From: Octopus sinensis
Taxonomy: Eukaryota
Reading direction: 5' to 3'
DNA: 31,645 nucleotides
NCBI RefSeq assembly: GCF_006345805.1
Contig: NW_021831958.1
Coordinates: 1 to 31,645, forward strand
The translations under genes were made by a program, and so were the position numbers. This document shows, one piece after another, positions 1-10,369 of this stretch. The number at the start of each line of letters is the position of its first letter. Positions within the stretch are counted from its first letter, which is position 1. Below the pieces are notes generated by a model. The model saw only the letters and a list, made by a program, of their open reading frames with translations. It made no database searches and had not been told where the DNA came from.

Positions 1-61
1 AAGAAGTCATTACAAGAAGTTGAAGCTCCAACTTCTAAGAACAAAACACTAACAATTACAG
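1..61 (-). CDS. Possible coding exon fragment running off the window (signal-peptide-like)
   Basis: On the minus strand a CT-rich tract ends in TTCTGATAG. Only one frame is open after it and reads xVIVSVLFLEVGASTSCNDF (hydrophobic, then small residues and Cys). The pyrimidine tract is a microsatellite, so the acceptor may be chance. Confidence 0.2.
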
Positions 62-67
62 CTATCA

Positions 68-250
68 GAAAGAGAGAGAGAGAGGGTGGGGGAAGTTAGA
101 TAGATAGATAAATAGATAGATAGAGGAGAGAAAGAGAACGAGGGAGAGAGAGAGAATAAGAGAGAAAGACAGACAGACAGAGGGAGGGAGAGCAAAAGAA
201 AGAATGAAACACAGTAAGAGAGTAATAGAGAGGGCAGGAAAAGAGAAGAT
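68..250. repeat. Compound (GA)n/(GATA)n/(GACA)n microsatellite
   Basis: Seen directly in the sequence. Confidence 0.9.
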
Positions 251-331
251 ATATAAATAGAAATAAACATTAATGTGTGATTGTGGTAGGGTTGGCGGTG
301 TAGGTGGTGGCACTGGCATTATATGTTTGCC

Positions 332-334
<3 letters not shown>

Positions 335-370
<36 letters not shown>

Positions 371-680
371 ATGAACGTATGTGTATAAGTGTTTGTGTGT
401 GTGTACTTATGTGTATATGCGTATATATGTGTGTGTATGTGTGTTATTATGAATGTATGTGTATAAGTGTTTGTGTGTGTACTTATGTGTATATGTGTGT
501 GTGTGTGTGTGGTGTGTTATTATGAATGTATGTGCATAAGTGTGTGTTTGTATGTGTATAAGTGTTTGTGTGTGTGTACTTATGTACTTATCTGTATATT
601 TGTGTGTGTGTGTATATATGTGTGTGTGTGGTGTGTGTTATTGTGAACGTATGTGTATATGTGTGTGTTTGTGTGTGTAA
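335..680. repeat. Compound (GT)n microsatellite with a recurring GTGTTATTATGAA anchor
   Basis: (GT)n interrupted several times by ttattatgaa..tatgtgtataagtgt units. Confidence 0.9.
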
Positions 681-718
681 GGAAGAGTCGCTACAACAAG
701 AAACTGAAAGAGAAGAGT

Positions 719-720
<2 letters not shown>

Positions 721-762
<42 letters not shown>

Positions 763-771
763 CAACAGCAG
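721..771. repeat. (CAG)n/(CAA) microsatellite
   Basis: 12 x CAG followed by CAA/CAG units. An in-frame TAG lies immediately upstream (718-720). Confidence 0.9.
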
Positions 772-1429
772 GCACTAGTAGCAAGAGAGAGAAAGAAGAG
801 AAATTTCCAAGCTATGGTGGTGTGTTCCATGGACCTACAAAATCAATAAGCATCTATTCTATAATCAGGAAACATTTGCATATACTTATATTCACAGCTG
901 GCATGTTATTTTGTAAGTAAATGACATTTTTCTTTAGCTTTAATAAGCTAGATGTGAACAGAAAAAAAAAATCAATAAAAGCAGGAAATATACGTTTTTT
1001 TTTATATATTTTTATTCATTTATTTATTTTTTTTTTCTTGTGTTTGTTATTTCTTCATATTTTCTGTTTCTGTTTCTGTTACTGTTCTCTATTCTTTGTA
1101 TTTGTTTTGCCTTTTTATATTTGTATATATATGTATATATATATATATATGTGTTTAGTTTTGTTTATTGTTTGTTTTCCTTTTCCTTTTCGTTTTTTTT
1201 GTTTTTGCTTTTTTTTTTTGCTTTTTGTTGTTGTTGTTGTTGTTGTTCTTGTTCTTCTTCTCTCCTTCTTTTTGCCATCACAGAAGTTATTTGCTTATTT
1301 GCTTGCCGATATGTTTTCCATAACATATGACACTTTAATGTGCTGTTTTTGTCGAGCTTTTAGACTTGTTTCTCTCTCCACCACCCCCTCCTCTCACTAC
1401 CTCTCTCCTCCCCCTCTCTTTCACTTTGC

Positions 1430-1439
1430 ATACTCACAT

Positions 1440-1470
<31 letters not shown>

Positions 1471-1583
1471 CGCACACATATATATATATACACACATATA
1501 TATAAATACATATATAGATATATATTCATATACATATATAAACATATATATATATATCTTGTATGTTCATAGTCTACAGTGTT

Positions 1584-1625
<42 letters not shown>

Positions 1626-1665
1626 TGTGTGTGTGTGTGCTAGTGTGCCTGCAAGAGTGTGTGTG
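1430..1665. repeat. (CA)n/(TA)n/(GT)n microsatellite block
   Basis: Seen directly in the sequence. Confidence 0.9.
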
Positions 1666-2063
1666 AGTGAGTCTGTAAGACACTGCCAGTTTCTTTTTAA
1701 ATATTTGAATGGAAAGCACATTTTTGTTTGTATATTGCAAGATACCAAGAAACCATATTCAGGCTATCTGTCTGTCTCTGTGTCTCTTCTATGTTGAGGT
1801 TTTTGTTTTTATTTGTTTTGTTTTACTTTTTGCCATTTTTTCTTTTAATATAATTTGATATTTGCGTTTTTTTTTACTTTTTCGTTTTTCATGGGTTTTT
1901 TTTTTTCGTGTGTTTGTTTGTTTGTTTGTGTGTGTTTGAGTGTTGCATATGTATAGGCATTTTGTTATAAATATATTTGAGTGCAACTCTGTATCATTCG
2001 GTATATATATGCTTGTATGCTTGTGGGAGAAAGAAAAAAGGAGAGCAAGAGAGAGAAAGAGGT

Positions 2064-2097
<34 letters not shown>

Positions 2098-2446
2098 GGA
2101 AATGGTAGATAAAATAACCAAACGAAAATCTGTGTAAATAAAGAGGATATAACATAGCTGAATGAGACTGACATGATTGTTGATGGACAGCTTTTTTTCT
2201 TCATTCATCATCCAAACTAGAAAGAAAGAAAGGAAGAAAGAAAGAAAGAGAGTGAGTGAAGAAGAGTAAGTGAGGAAGAGAGGAAGAAAGGGAGAGATTT
2301 CTCACTTCTTAGAAAGCTTCAGATGATGTGCTCTTTACAAATGTTTCCCCACTCTTATTTCTTTCAGACATCTTCAACAACAATATCATGCTCTTTCGAA
2401 AGAAGCACAAACAATGGATATTCAAAGACCTATGAAGGAATCTTCA

Positions 2447-2484
<38 letters not shown>

Positions 2485-2486
<2 letters not shown>

Positions 2487-2900
2487 CTCTTTACTCTTTT
2501 ACTTGTTTCAGTCATTTGACTGCGGCCATGCTGGAGCACCGCCTTTAGTCGAGCAAATCAACCCTGGGACTTATTCTTTGTAAGCCCAGTACTTATTCTA
2601 TCGGTCTCTTTTTGCCGAACCGCTAAGTGACAGGGACGTAAACACACCAGCATCTGTTGTCAAGCAATGCTAGGGAGTCAAACACAGACACACAAACACA
2701 CATACACATACATATATATATTATATACATATATACGACAGGCTTCTTTCAGTTTCCATCTACCAAATCCACTCACAAGGCATTGGTCGGCCCGGGGCTA
2801 TAGCAGAAGACACTTGCCCAAGATGCCACGCAGTGGGACTGAACCCGGAACCATGTGGTTGGTAAACAAGCTACTTACCACACAGCCCATTCCTGCGCCT
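2485..2900 (-). mobile_element. Full-length tRNA-derived SINE, family A (CORE-like, Octopus OR/OK-type)
   Basis: Minus strand shows a degenerate A box (near 2880-2890), B box GGTTCAGTCC, MIR/CORE-like ACCTTGGGCAAGTGTCTT, an internal (TA)/(TG) tract and a 3' tail (AAAGAGT)n. Near-identical copies at 22857-23279 and 26919-27350. Confidence 0.9.
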
Positions 2901-2912
2901 ATATATATTTTA

Positions 2913-3424
2913 ATTTTTTTAATTTTTTATTTCTATCTAGTTTCAGCTCACAAGCTGTGGCCATGCTGGGGCACCGCCATTTGGTGTTGCTACATGATTT
3001 TACTTCACGAATGCTTTTTAGCAACTGCCATTTGGTGCATGAGAGAGTTCGATGCAGCTGCCCTCATCTGCACCTCCTGCCGTGAAGTTGGTTCATCTGG
3101 GACACCCGACAAGAAGAGATCTAGTTTTATTTTAAAGACATCTGCATCCACCCCATGCAGGTCTCTTAGGCTCTTCGGGAGGATATTGAAGAGCTGTGGG
3201 CCTTGGAAGCCCAGGCTATCACAATATCTTGTCCTACATCTTGAAGACAAATTTGGAGTCCTTGGCACTATGCAGTGGCGCCCAGTTCTGGCATTTGTGT
3301 AACTCTCAATGCCAAAGTTTGGGACAAGTCCTTCTAGGATCTTCCAGATGTATATTATGGCATATCTTTCTCGCCTATGCTCTAAAGAATAGAGTCTTAA
3401 TCTCTTGAGTCTTTCCCAGTAGCT
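2913..3424 (-). mobile_element. CR1-clade LINE, 5'-truncated (ORF2 C-terminus, 3' UTR, A-rich tail)
   Basis: Open frame 3424-3005 reads SYWERLKRLRLYSLEHRRERYAIIYIWKILEGLVPN...GPQLFNILPKSLRDL...FKIKLDLFL...VPDEP...RAAASNSL*, matching the CR1 ORF2 motif Y.ERL..L.L.SLE.RR. Possible TSD TATATATTTTA at 2902-2912 and 3431-3441. Confidence 0.85.
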
Positions 3425-3645
3425 TATATGTATATATTTTATAACAGTAACAACAACAACAGCAACAATAACACAACAACAACAACAACAACAGTAGCTC
3501 CTGCAGTAAAAGTTACAATATTAACAAGATTGCCAAGAACACCAAACTGCATGAGGGAGAGCTTTGCAGAAATAGCAGCTAATTTTTCCTCATTATGCAA
3601 TGAGCTAATTTTGGAATTGTCAAGTGGTGGTGGTTGTGGTGGTGG

Positions 3646-3939
3646 TAGTAGTAGTAGTAGTCATTATTGTTACTGCAGCAATCATTATTGTTATTGTGGT
3701 AGTTATTGCATAACCCTCAGTTCAGCCATAGTTGGAGCAGACCTATGGTCAAAAGTCTTCCCACCATGACCATCCCATCCAATCCCATTCTCTCTGATTA
3801 TTTACTTCAAACATTGTGAATCTTAGACAATGTATAAGTGCAGGAGTGGCTCTGTGGTAAGTAGCTTACTTACCAACCACATGGTTCTGGGTTCAGTCCC
3901 ACTGTGTGACACCTTGGGTAGGTGTCTTCTACTGTACAA
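3646..3939 (+). repeat. Left arm of long inverted repeat (unique DNA plus SINE A head at 3836-3932)
   Basis: 3683-3939 is the reverse complement of 4894-5150 with 5 mismatches in 257 bp. Similarity extends to the flanking (TAG)n. Confidence 0.95.
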
Positions 3940-4282
3940 ATGGAGATCTCCAGGTCCAAATTCTTGAACGGCTAAGATCATGGTGGCACAATGTATACTG
4001 GAGCAAGACACTTTATTTCATTGACCCATACAGGCTTAAACAGCAGATTCAAAAGTGCCACTGCATAAAAGTGCTGTCTCAAAGTGGACTGCCCAGCTCA
4101 ACCCTTCACCCCAGCTATGCTACATCTTATCCTTAAGCATTTAGTGGTTAACAGACTGACCCATCTAATCTTAAAATCTACAAACAAATGTTCGAAAGTG
4201 TCCTTTTTTCATGAAAGCAAATCTCAATTGATTTGAGGGTGATTTGACTACTATTTCTAACAAGGTGATTGACCATCTAGAG

Positions 4283-4540
4283 CAGTGGGTTTCAATCGAT
4301 TTTGCCTATGGACCCTTTTGATTCCTGTTTTACTGAACTGGACCTTTGTAGCCATTCAATGCTATAAAATGTCCCACTATATTTTTATAATTAAATATTC
4401 GGAATTGTATAAAAACAAAAATTGTTAGAATATTTTGTGAATTGTAGAAATATAACAAATTTATTGCAGACAAATTTCAACAACAAAACCTTATACAGAC
4501 CCCAACAAGGATCATAGAGACCCAATTTGAGCACCGACTG
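4283..4540. mobile_element. hAT (Charlie-like) MITE
   Basis: Perfect 8-bp TSD ATCTAGAG at 4275-4282 and 4541-4548. Degenerate TIRs CAGTGGGTTTCAA and TTGAGCACCGACTG. The NTCTAGAN target is typical of Charlie-type hATs. Confidence 0.85.
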
Positions 4541-4893
4541 ATCTAGAGGCTACCTCATCCTTAATGATATTAATGTTGGCGCTGCTGTTACTTAGTTTGA
4601 CAATTCCTACACAGTTATGATTATTGAGGGAGAAATGGCTGCTGTTTCGTGGTAGTGAGTGACCACACATAGAGTAGCTTCAGACCGGATTTCTTTTGAT
4701 TGTTATTCTCATTGACATGGATATAGTTCTTGCTGTAGTTGCTGGTGTTGTTGTTGTATATCTAAGATCCTGCAGTCTTTGAGGTGAGAATCAGCTGCTG
4801 GTTCCTGGATACTCAGTTACCACATAGAGGTACTTTTCCTCCCGGTATGATCTACTTCTCATTCTTATAGATGCTATCATGGTTGTTACATGG

Positions 4894-5150
4894 TTGTACA
4901 GTAGAAGACACTTGCCCAAGGTGCCATGCAGTGGGACTGAACCCAGAACCATGTGGTTGGTAAGTAAGCTACTTACCACAGAGCCACTCCTGCACTTATA
5001 CATTGTCTAAGATTCACAATGTTTGAAGTAAATAATCAGAGAGAATGGGATTGGATGGGATGGTCATGGTGGGAAGACTTTTGACCATAGGTCTGCTCCA
5101 ACTATGGCTGAACTGAGGGTTATGCAATAACTACCACAATAACAATAATG

Positions 5151-5186
<36 letters not shown>
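4894..5186 (-). repeat. Right arm of long inverted repeat (includes SINE A head at 4901-4997)
   Basis: Reverse complement of 3646-3939. Confidence 0.95.
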
Positions 5187-5187
<1 letters not shown>

Positions 5188-5490
5188 AGACACTACTACG
5201 ACAACTATTACCACTAGAACTACAACCACAACTACTACGATCACTACAAGTATCACTACTTCAAATACAACTACCACCACTACTATGATTACTACAACTA
5301 TCACTGCCACTCCTACTACTATTTCCACTGCCACTACTACTCCTACTACTCCTACTACTACTACAACTACTACCACTAGAACTACAACCACTACTACTGT
5401 TTCAATCACTACAACTATCACTGCTACTACCACCACAAGAACTACAACCACTACTACTACTATAATCACTGCAACTATCACTGCTGCTAT

Positions 5491-5523
<33 letters not shown>

Positions 5524-5716
5524 CACACTACCACTAGAACTACAACCACTACTACTACTATAATCACTGCAACTATCACTTCTGCTACTACTACTACTAC
5601 TACTACTACTACGATCACTACTACTACCACTACTACTACTACTACTACCACCACCACCACTACCACTAGAACTACAACCACTACTACTACTATAATCACT
5701 GCAACTATCACTTCTG

Positions 5717-5756
<40 letters not shown>

Positions 5757-5900
5757 GATCACTACTACTACTACCACTACTACTACTACTACTACCACCA
5801 CCACCACTACCACTAGAACTACAACCACTACTACTACTATAATCACTGCAACTATCACTTCTGCTACTACTACTACTACTACTACTACGATCACTACTAT
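5151..5900. repeat. (CTA)n/(CCA)n microsatellite with higher-order units of about 130-160 bp
   Basis: Anchor CCACTAGAACTACAACC at 5211, 5373, 5531, 5663 and 5810, with a variant at 5433. Confidence 0.9.
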
Positions 5901-6384
5901 TTACTACTTCAACAAACACACAGAAATGACAAGAACAGCAAACTATACAAAGCAAAACCATTTTTCAGATAAGACGAAATCAATAGCAAAGATGGCCTTT
6001 ACGGTAACCTTCGTTTGGTTTTTTTGACTTGAAGAACGACAGCAGCAGAGTTGACTATTGGTATATCACTTTCCAGAATAAATGCAAATATAGAAATATT
6101 TGACCATTCTTTGTATACACAAAAAGCAAAAAAAAAAAAACAAAACAAAGAAAACTCATACAGAAAAAAAGGAAAATTTCGGAAAATTTGAAAGCATCAA
6201 CAAAGATAAAAATGACATTTTGTAAAATGAAAAGAAAGTTTCCAAACAAAAAAAAAATAGAAAAAACACAAAAAATTGGCGTAAATCAATGAAAGATATA
6301 ATAAAGGTAAAAATCGTGAAAAATCATGAATGGGGAAATTTTTTTTGAGAGACGTTGAATAAAAAGAGTGAAGAGGGTTTCCTC

Positions 6385-6657
6385 CCACCACCACCACCAC
6401 CACTACTGCCACCTCTGCCATCAGTGCCACTCCTGGGCACCACCAGCACTGCCGCCACCACCGCTACCGCCGCCACCACTACCGCTGCCGCCACCCACAC
6501 CACCAACACCACTACCGCCGCCACCACCACCACTACCGCCGCCACCACCGCTACCACCACCACTACCGCTGCTACCACTGCTACCATCGCCACCACCATC
6601 ACCACCACCACTACCGCCGCCACCACCGCTACCACCACCACCACAAATGCCACCACC
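6385..6657. repeat. Degenerate (CCA/CCG/CTA)n trinucleotide tract
   Basis: Reads poly-Pro/Leu or poly-Thr/Ala depending on frame. No unique flanking domain. Confidence 0.85.
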
Positions 6658-6689
6658 AATATTTGATAATACTGATTTAGAAGATAATG

Positions 6690-7490
6690 TTGTTATTGAT
6701 GCTGATGATGTTACTGCTGCTGCTGGTGATGATAATGATGATGATGATGATGACGATGGTGACGACGATGAGATGATGAACAAGCTGTTGATGATGATGA
6801 TGATGATGGTGATGATGGTTATGATGATGGTGGTGATGAACGATGATAATGATGACAATGACAGCGACGATGATGATGACAATGTCAATGATGATGATGA
6901 TGATGATGATGATGATAGTGGTGGTGGTGGTAATGATGATGATAATGATGGCAATGATGACGACGATGATGATGATGATGACAATGACAATGACGATGAT
7001 GATGATGATGATGATGGCGAAGATGGTGGGGATGACAGTAACGATGATGATGATGATGATGACGACAACGATGATAATGAATAAGCTGTCAATGGTGATA
7101 ATGACGACGACCACAATGATGATGATGCTGAAGATGATGATATGGTGGTGGTGGTGGTGGTGATGATAACGACGATTATGCTGATGACGATAATTATATA
7201 CTGTCAATGAAGACGATGATGACAGAGTGGTTGTGGTGTCGATGATGAGAGGACCAATAACAATAATGATCAGAAAGGCATTAAGAATAACAATGATGAT
7301 GATGCTGGTGATGACAATAATGACCATGATCATAGTGATAATGATGATGGTGGAGATGATAACAATGATGACGATGATGAAGCCTATGAGGACAATGACT
7401 GGCAACAGTTATAATGATGATCATGATCCTGATTACAATGGCGATGATGATGGTTATGATGATGATAATAACAGTTATGAAAATGATGTT
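6690..7490. repeat. Degenerate (GAT/GAC/AAT/GGT)n low-complexity tract
   Basis: The triplet register shifts several times (e.g. near 7140, 7200 and 7400). Confidence 0.9.
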
Positions 7491-7950
7491 GATGACGGTC
7501 ATAATGATGACAGTCATAATGATGAAGGTCATAAAGATAACGGTCATAATGATGATGGTCATAATGACGACGGTCATAATGACGACGGTCATAAAGATGA
7601 CGGTCATAATGATGACGGTCATAATGATGACGGTCATCATGACGACGGTCATAAAGATAACGGTCATAATGATAATGGTCATAATGATGTTGGTCTTAAT
7701 GATGATGGTCATAAAGATGATGGTCATAATGACGACAGTCATAATGACGATGGTCATAAAGACAACGTTCATAATGATGACGGTCATAATGATGACGGTC
7801 ATAATGATGACAGTCATAATGATGATGGTCATAATGATGATGGTCATAATGATGATGGTCATAATGACAATGGTCATAATGATGACGGTCATAAAGATAA
7901 CGATCATAATGACGATGGTCATAATGACGACGGTCATAATGATGACGGCT
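7491..7950. repeat. 15-bp minisatellite, consensus GATGACGGTCATAAT, 30 full copies plus a partial
   Basis: Phase is kept without indels from 7491 to 7940. One frame reads DDGHN repeats. Confidence 0.95.
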
Positions 7951-8054
7951 CTTAAGAAAACAAAAAAATGGCAGTTCAGTTGATCTAGCAAATGGAATAA
8001 CCTCCATTGGAATTAGAGTAGGATCCATCCTAGTCAAAGATTAGGACAAGGACA

Positions 8055-8465
8055 AAGATGAAGGTGATGATGATGATGACGAGGTGGTGGAGGAGGAGGA
8101 CGAGGAGTACAGCAATGATAATGTTGATGATGATAATGATATGATATTGAAAATGAAAAGATGATGACGATGATGAGGATGAGGATGTTGATAACATTGA
8201 AGAAGAGGATAACAATAAGAATGAGGATGATGATGATGAAAATTATAATTTTGATGTTGTTAATGTTTTGCTGTTGCTGCTGCTGCTGCTGATGATGATG
8301 ATGATAATGAAGAAAACGATGATGATGATGATGATGATGACAAAGACAGCGATAAGGATAATGACAATGATGACGACGACAACGACGGTGATACCGATGA
8401 TGATGATGATGCTGATGATGACGATCGCGATCATGATGATGATGATGACAATGAGGATCATAATG
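8055..8465. repeat. Degenerate (GAT)n tract with an embedded (CTG)n
   Basis: Seen directly in the sequence. Confidence 0.85.
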
Positions 8466-8839
8466 CCAATGTTTGATGGTTGCCTGAACCTTGAATCGTT
8501 TTATCTGGAATGAATACTGAAGAGAGATTTTTTTTCCCCTTTTTTGATTGCTTGTCAAATTTACATCACTAATTCCTGGGAGAAGATGAAGCTCCTATAA
8601 CCCTTATAGAGGGGATTCCTATCACATTCTATTTACTTTTTTATTTGTCTTTTTTAAATTTTTTTTATTGCATCTTATTATATTTTATTTTATTTTATTA
8701 TATTTTATTTTATTATATTTAATTTAATTTTATTTTGTTTTATCATTTATTCGGAAAGGGTTTGATTTACACACTTTTTTTTTACCTCCGCACCACCTTA
8801 ATGAGATAACGAAGATTCTGAAGGTGAGCGGATGCAGCT

Positions 8840-9197
8840 AATGGTGATGATGATGGTGGTGGTAGTGGGTGTATTAATGGTGATGGTGATGATGATGATG
8901 ATGACGTTGACTACATGAAGGATTATCTTGCTCACGACATCAATGATTACAATAACGATGATGATGATGGGGATTTTAACGATGATGATAATGATAATGA
9001 TGATGATGGTGAATTGATGATGATGATGGTAACGATAATGATGATGATGGTGTTGATGATGATGATGATGATGATGATAACAGTGAATTGATTATGCTGA
9101 TGGTGTTGATGAAATGGTGATGATGATGATGATGGCGACTTGATGATGATGATGATGATAGCGATGGTGATGATGATGATTATGATGATGATGATGG

Positions 9198-9230
<33 letters not shown>

Positions 9231-9510
9231 CGATGGTGGTGGTGAATTGATGATGATGATGGTTTTGATAATGATGGTGATGATGATGATGATAATGATG
9301 ATGATAACAATGATGGTGATGACAACAATGATGATAATCATCATCATGGTAGCAGTAGTGGTGGTGGTTGTAGTGATGATAATGACGATTACGACAGCAA
9401 TAACGATGACAACAACAACGATGATGATGGTGACAACGATGACAATGACAAAGCTGATGGCAATGACGATGACGGCGATGACGATGCTGTTAATGACGAC
9501 AATGTAATCA
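8840..9510. repeat. Degenerate (GAT)n/(GGT)n tract
   Basis: Seen directly in the sequence. Confidence 0.9.
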
Positions 9511-9688
9511 ACAATGTTGTTGCTGGTATACACTATCCTACTCAATCCCCGACACGAGAGGACCTACTATTAAGGACACCAGATATTCCAAATGTGACCA
9601 ACCTGTCTTATTTTCCAAGTATTGTGTAACCCTGAATGACATTACCCAATGCATCCTGCTCTTGCAACAATAAGGTATGATTCAAGAA

Positions 9689-9938
9689 GGGCGGTGAGCT
9701 GGCAGAAGGGCGGCAAGCTGGCAGAATCGTTAGCAGGCCTGGTGAAATGCGTAGCCATATTTCGTCTGCCGTTACGTTCTGAGTTCAAATTCCGCCGAGG
9801 TCGACTTTGCCTTTCATCCTTTCGGGGTCGATAAATTAAGTACCAGTTACGCACTGGGGTCGATGTAATCGACTTAATCAATGTGTCTGTCCTTGTTTGT
9901 CCCCTCTGTATTTAGCCCCTTGTGGGTAGTAAAGAAAT
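9689..9938 (+). mobile_element. Full-length tRNA-derived SINE, family B (subfamily B1)
   Basis: A box TGGCAGAATCG and B box GAGTTCAAATTCC. The central GGTCGACTTTGCCTTTCATCCTTTCGGGGTCGATAAATTAAGTACC resembles the Meta/Sauria-type domain (from memory). 16-bp TSD AGGTATGATTCAAGAA at 9673-9688 and 9939-9954. Confidence 0.9.
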
Positions 9939-10369
9939 AGGTATGATTCAAGAATTTGAGACAATTTAGTTGTTATTAGTTGCAAGATAGACAAGGAGGC
10001 TGAGACTCCATTGCTGGTTCATGGTGGTAGCTATGATGCGAAGGGTGGAGGTGATAGTCATGTTGAAGAAGTTGATTATCATGACACCTTCAAATGTTTC
10101 CAAGGGGTGGAGCAGTATCCGAAAAGAAAACAAATAAACAAATTGGTATAATGTAAATTAGAATAAAACAATACAAAAGCTACATAAAAATAAACACACA
10201 CACACACACACACACATACACAAACACGTTACTAATGAACTTTACTTAAATAAGTCTTATCTGTTATAATTAAAGTAAAACACATGCACACACACACACA
10301 CAACACACACACACACACATTTTTCATTTGTTTCAGAAAAGAGTATGCAATAAAACAAACATAAGTGAA

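Noticed and set aside
588-830. ORF MEHTTIAWKFLFFLSLATSA-(C)n resembling a signal peptide plus Cys-rich peptide; polyQ reading on the other strand
   Set aside because: It is built from (CT)n, (CTG)n and (CA)n microsatellites. No splice donor is visible, and the polyQ frame has an in-frame TAG at 718-720.
2300-2450. Unique segment with a strong acceptor at 2367 and a DVLFTNV string reminiscent of Penelope RT
   Set aside because: There is no donor before the (TA)n/SINE, no frame gives a recognisable domain, and the motif match is too short.
2485-2900. tRNA-like A/B boxes in SINE heads as tRNA genes
   Set aside because: They lack a complete cloverleaf and continue into SINE bodies; the same applies to all family A and B copies.
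5182-5961. Ser-rich or Thr-rich (mucin-like) and poly-Val ORFs
   Set aside because: Several frames are open simply because of (CTA)n periodicity. There is no unique domain or splice support.
6368-7084. Formin FH1-like poly-Pro plus poly-Asp ORF
   Set aside because: No FH2 or other domain follows, the variation fits Thr/Ala and Pro/Leu frames equally, and the Asp register frameshifts repeatedly downstream.
7491-7950. CRISPR-like array
   Set aside because: Contiguous tandem units without unique spacers, in a eukaryotic context with no cas genes.
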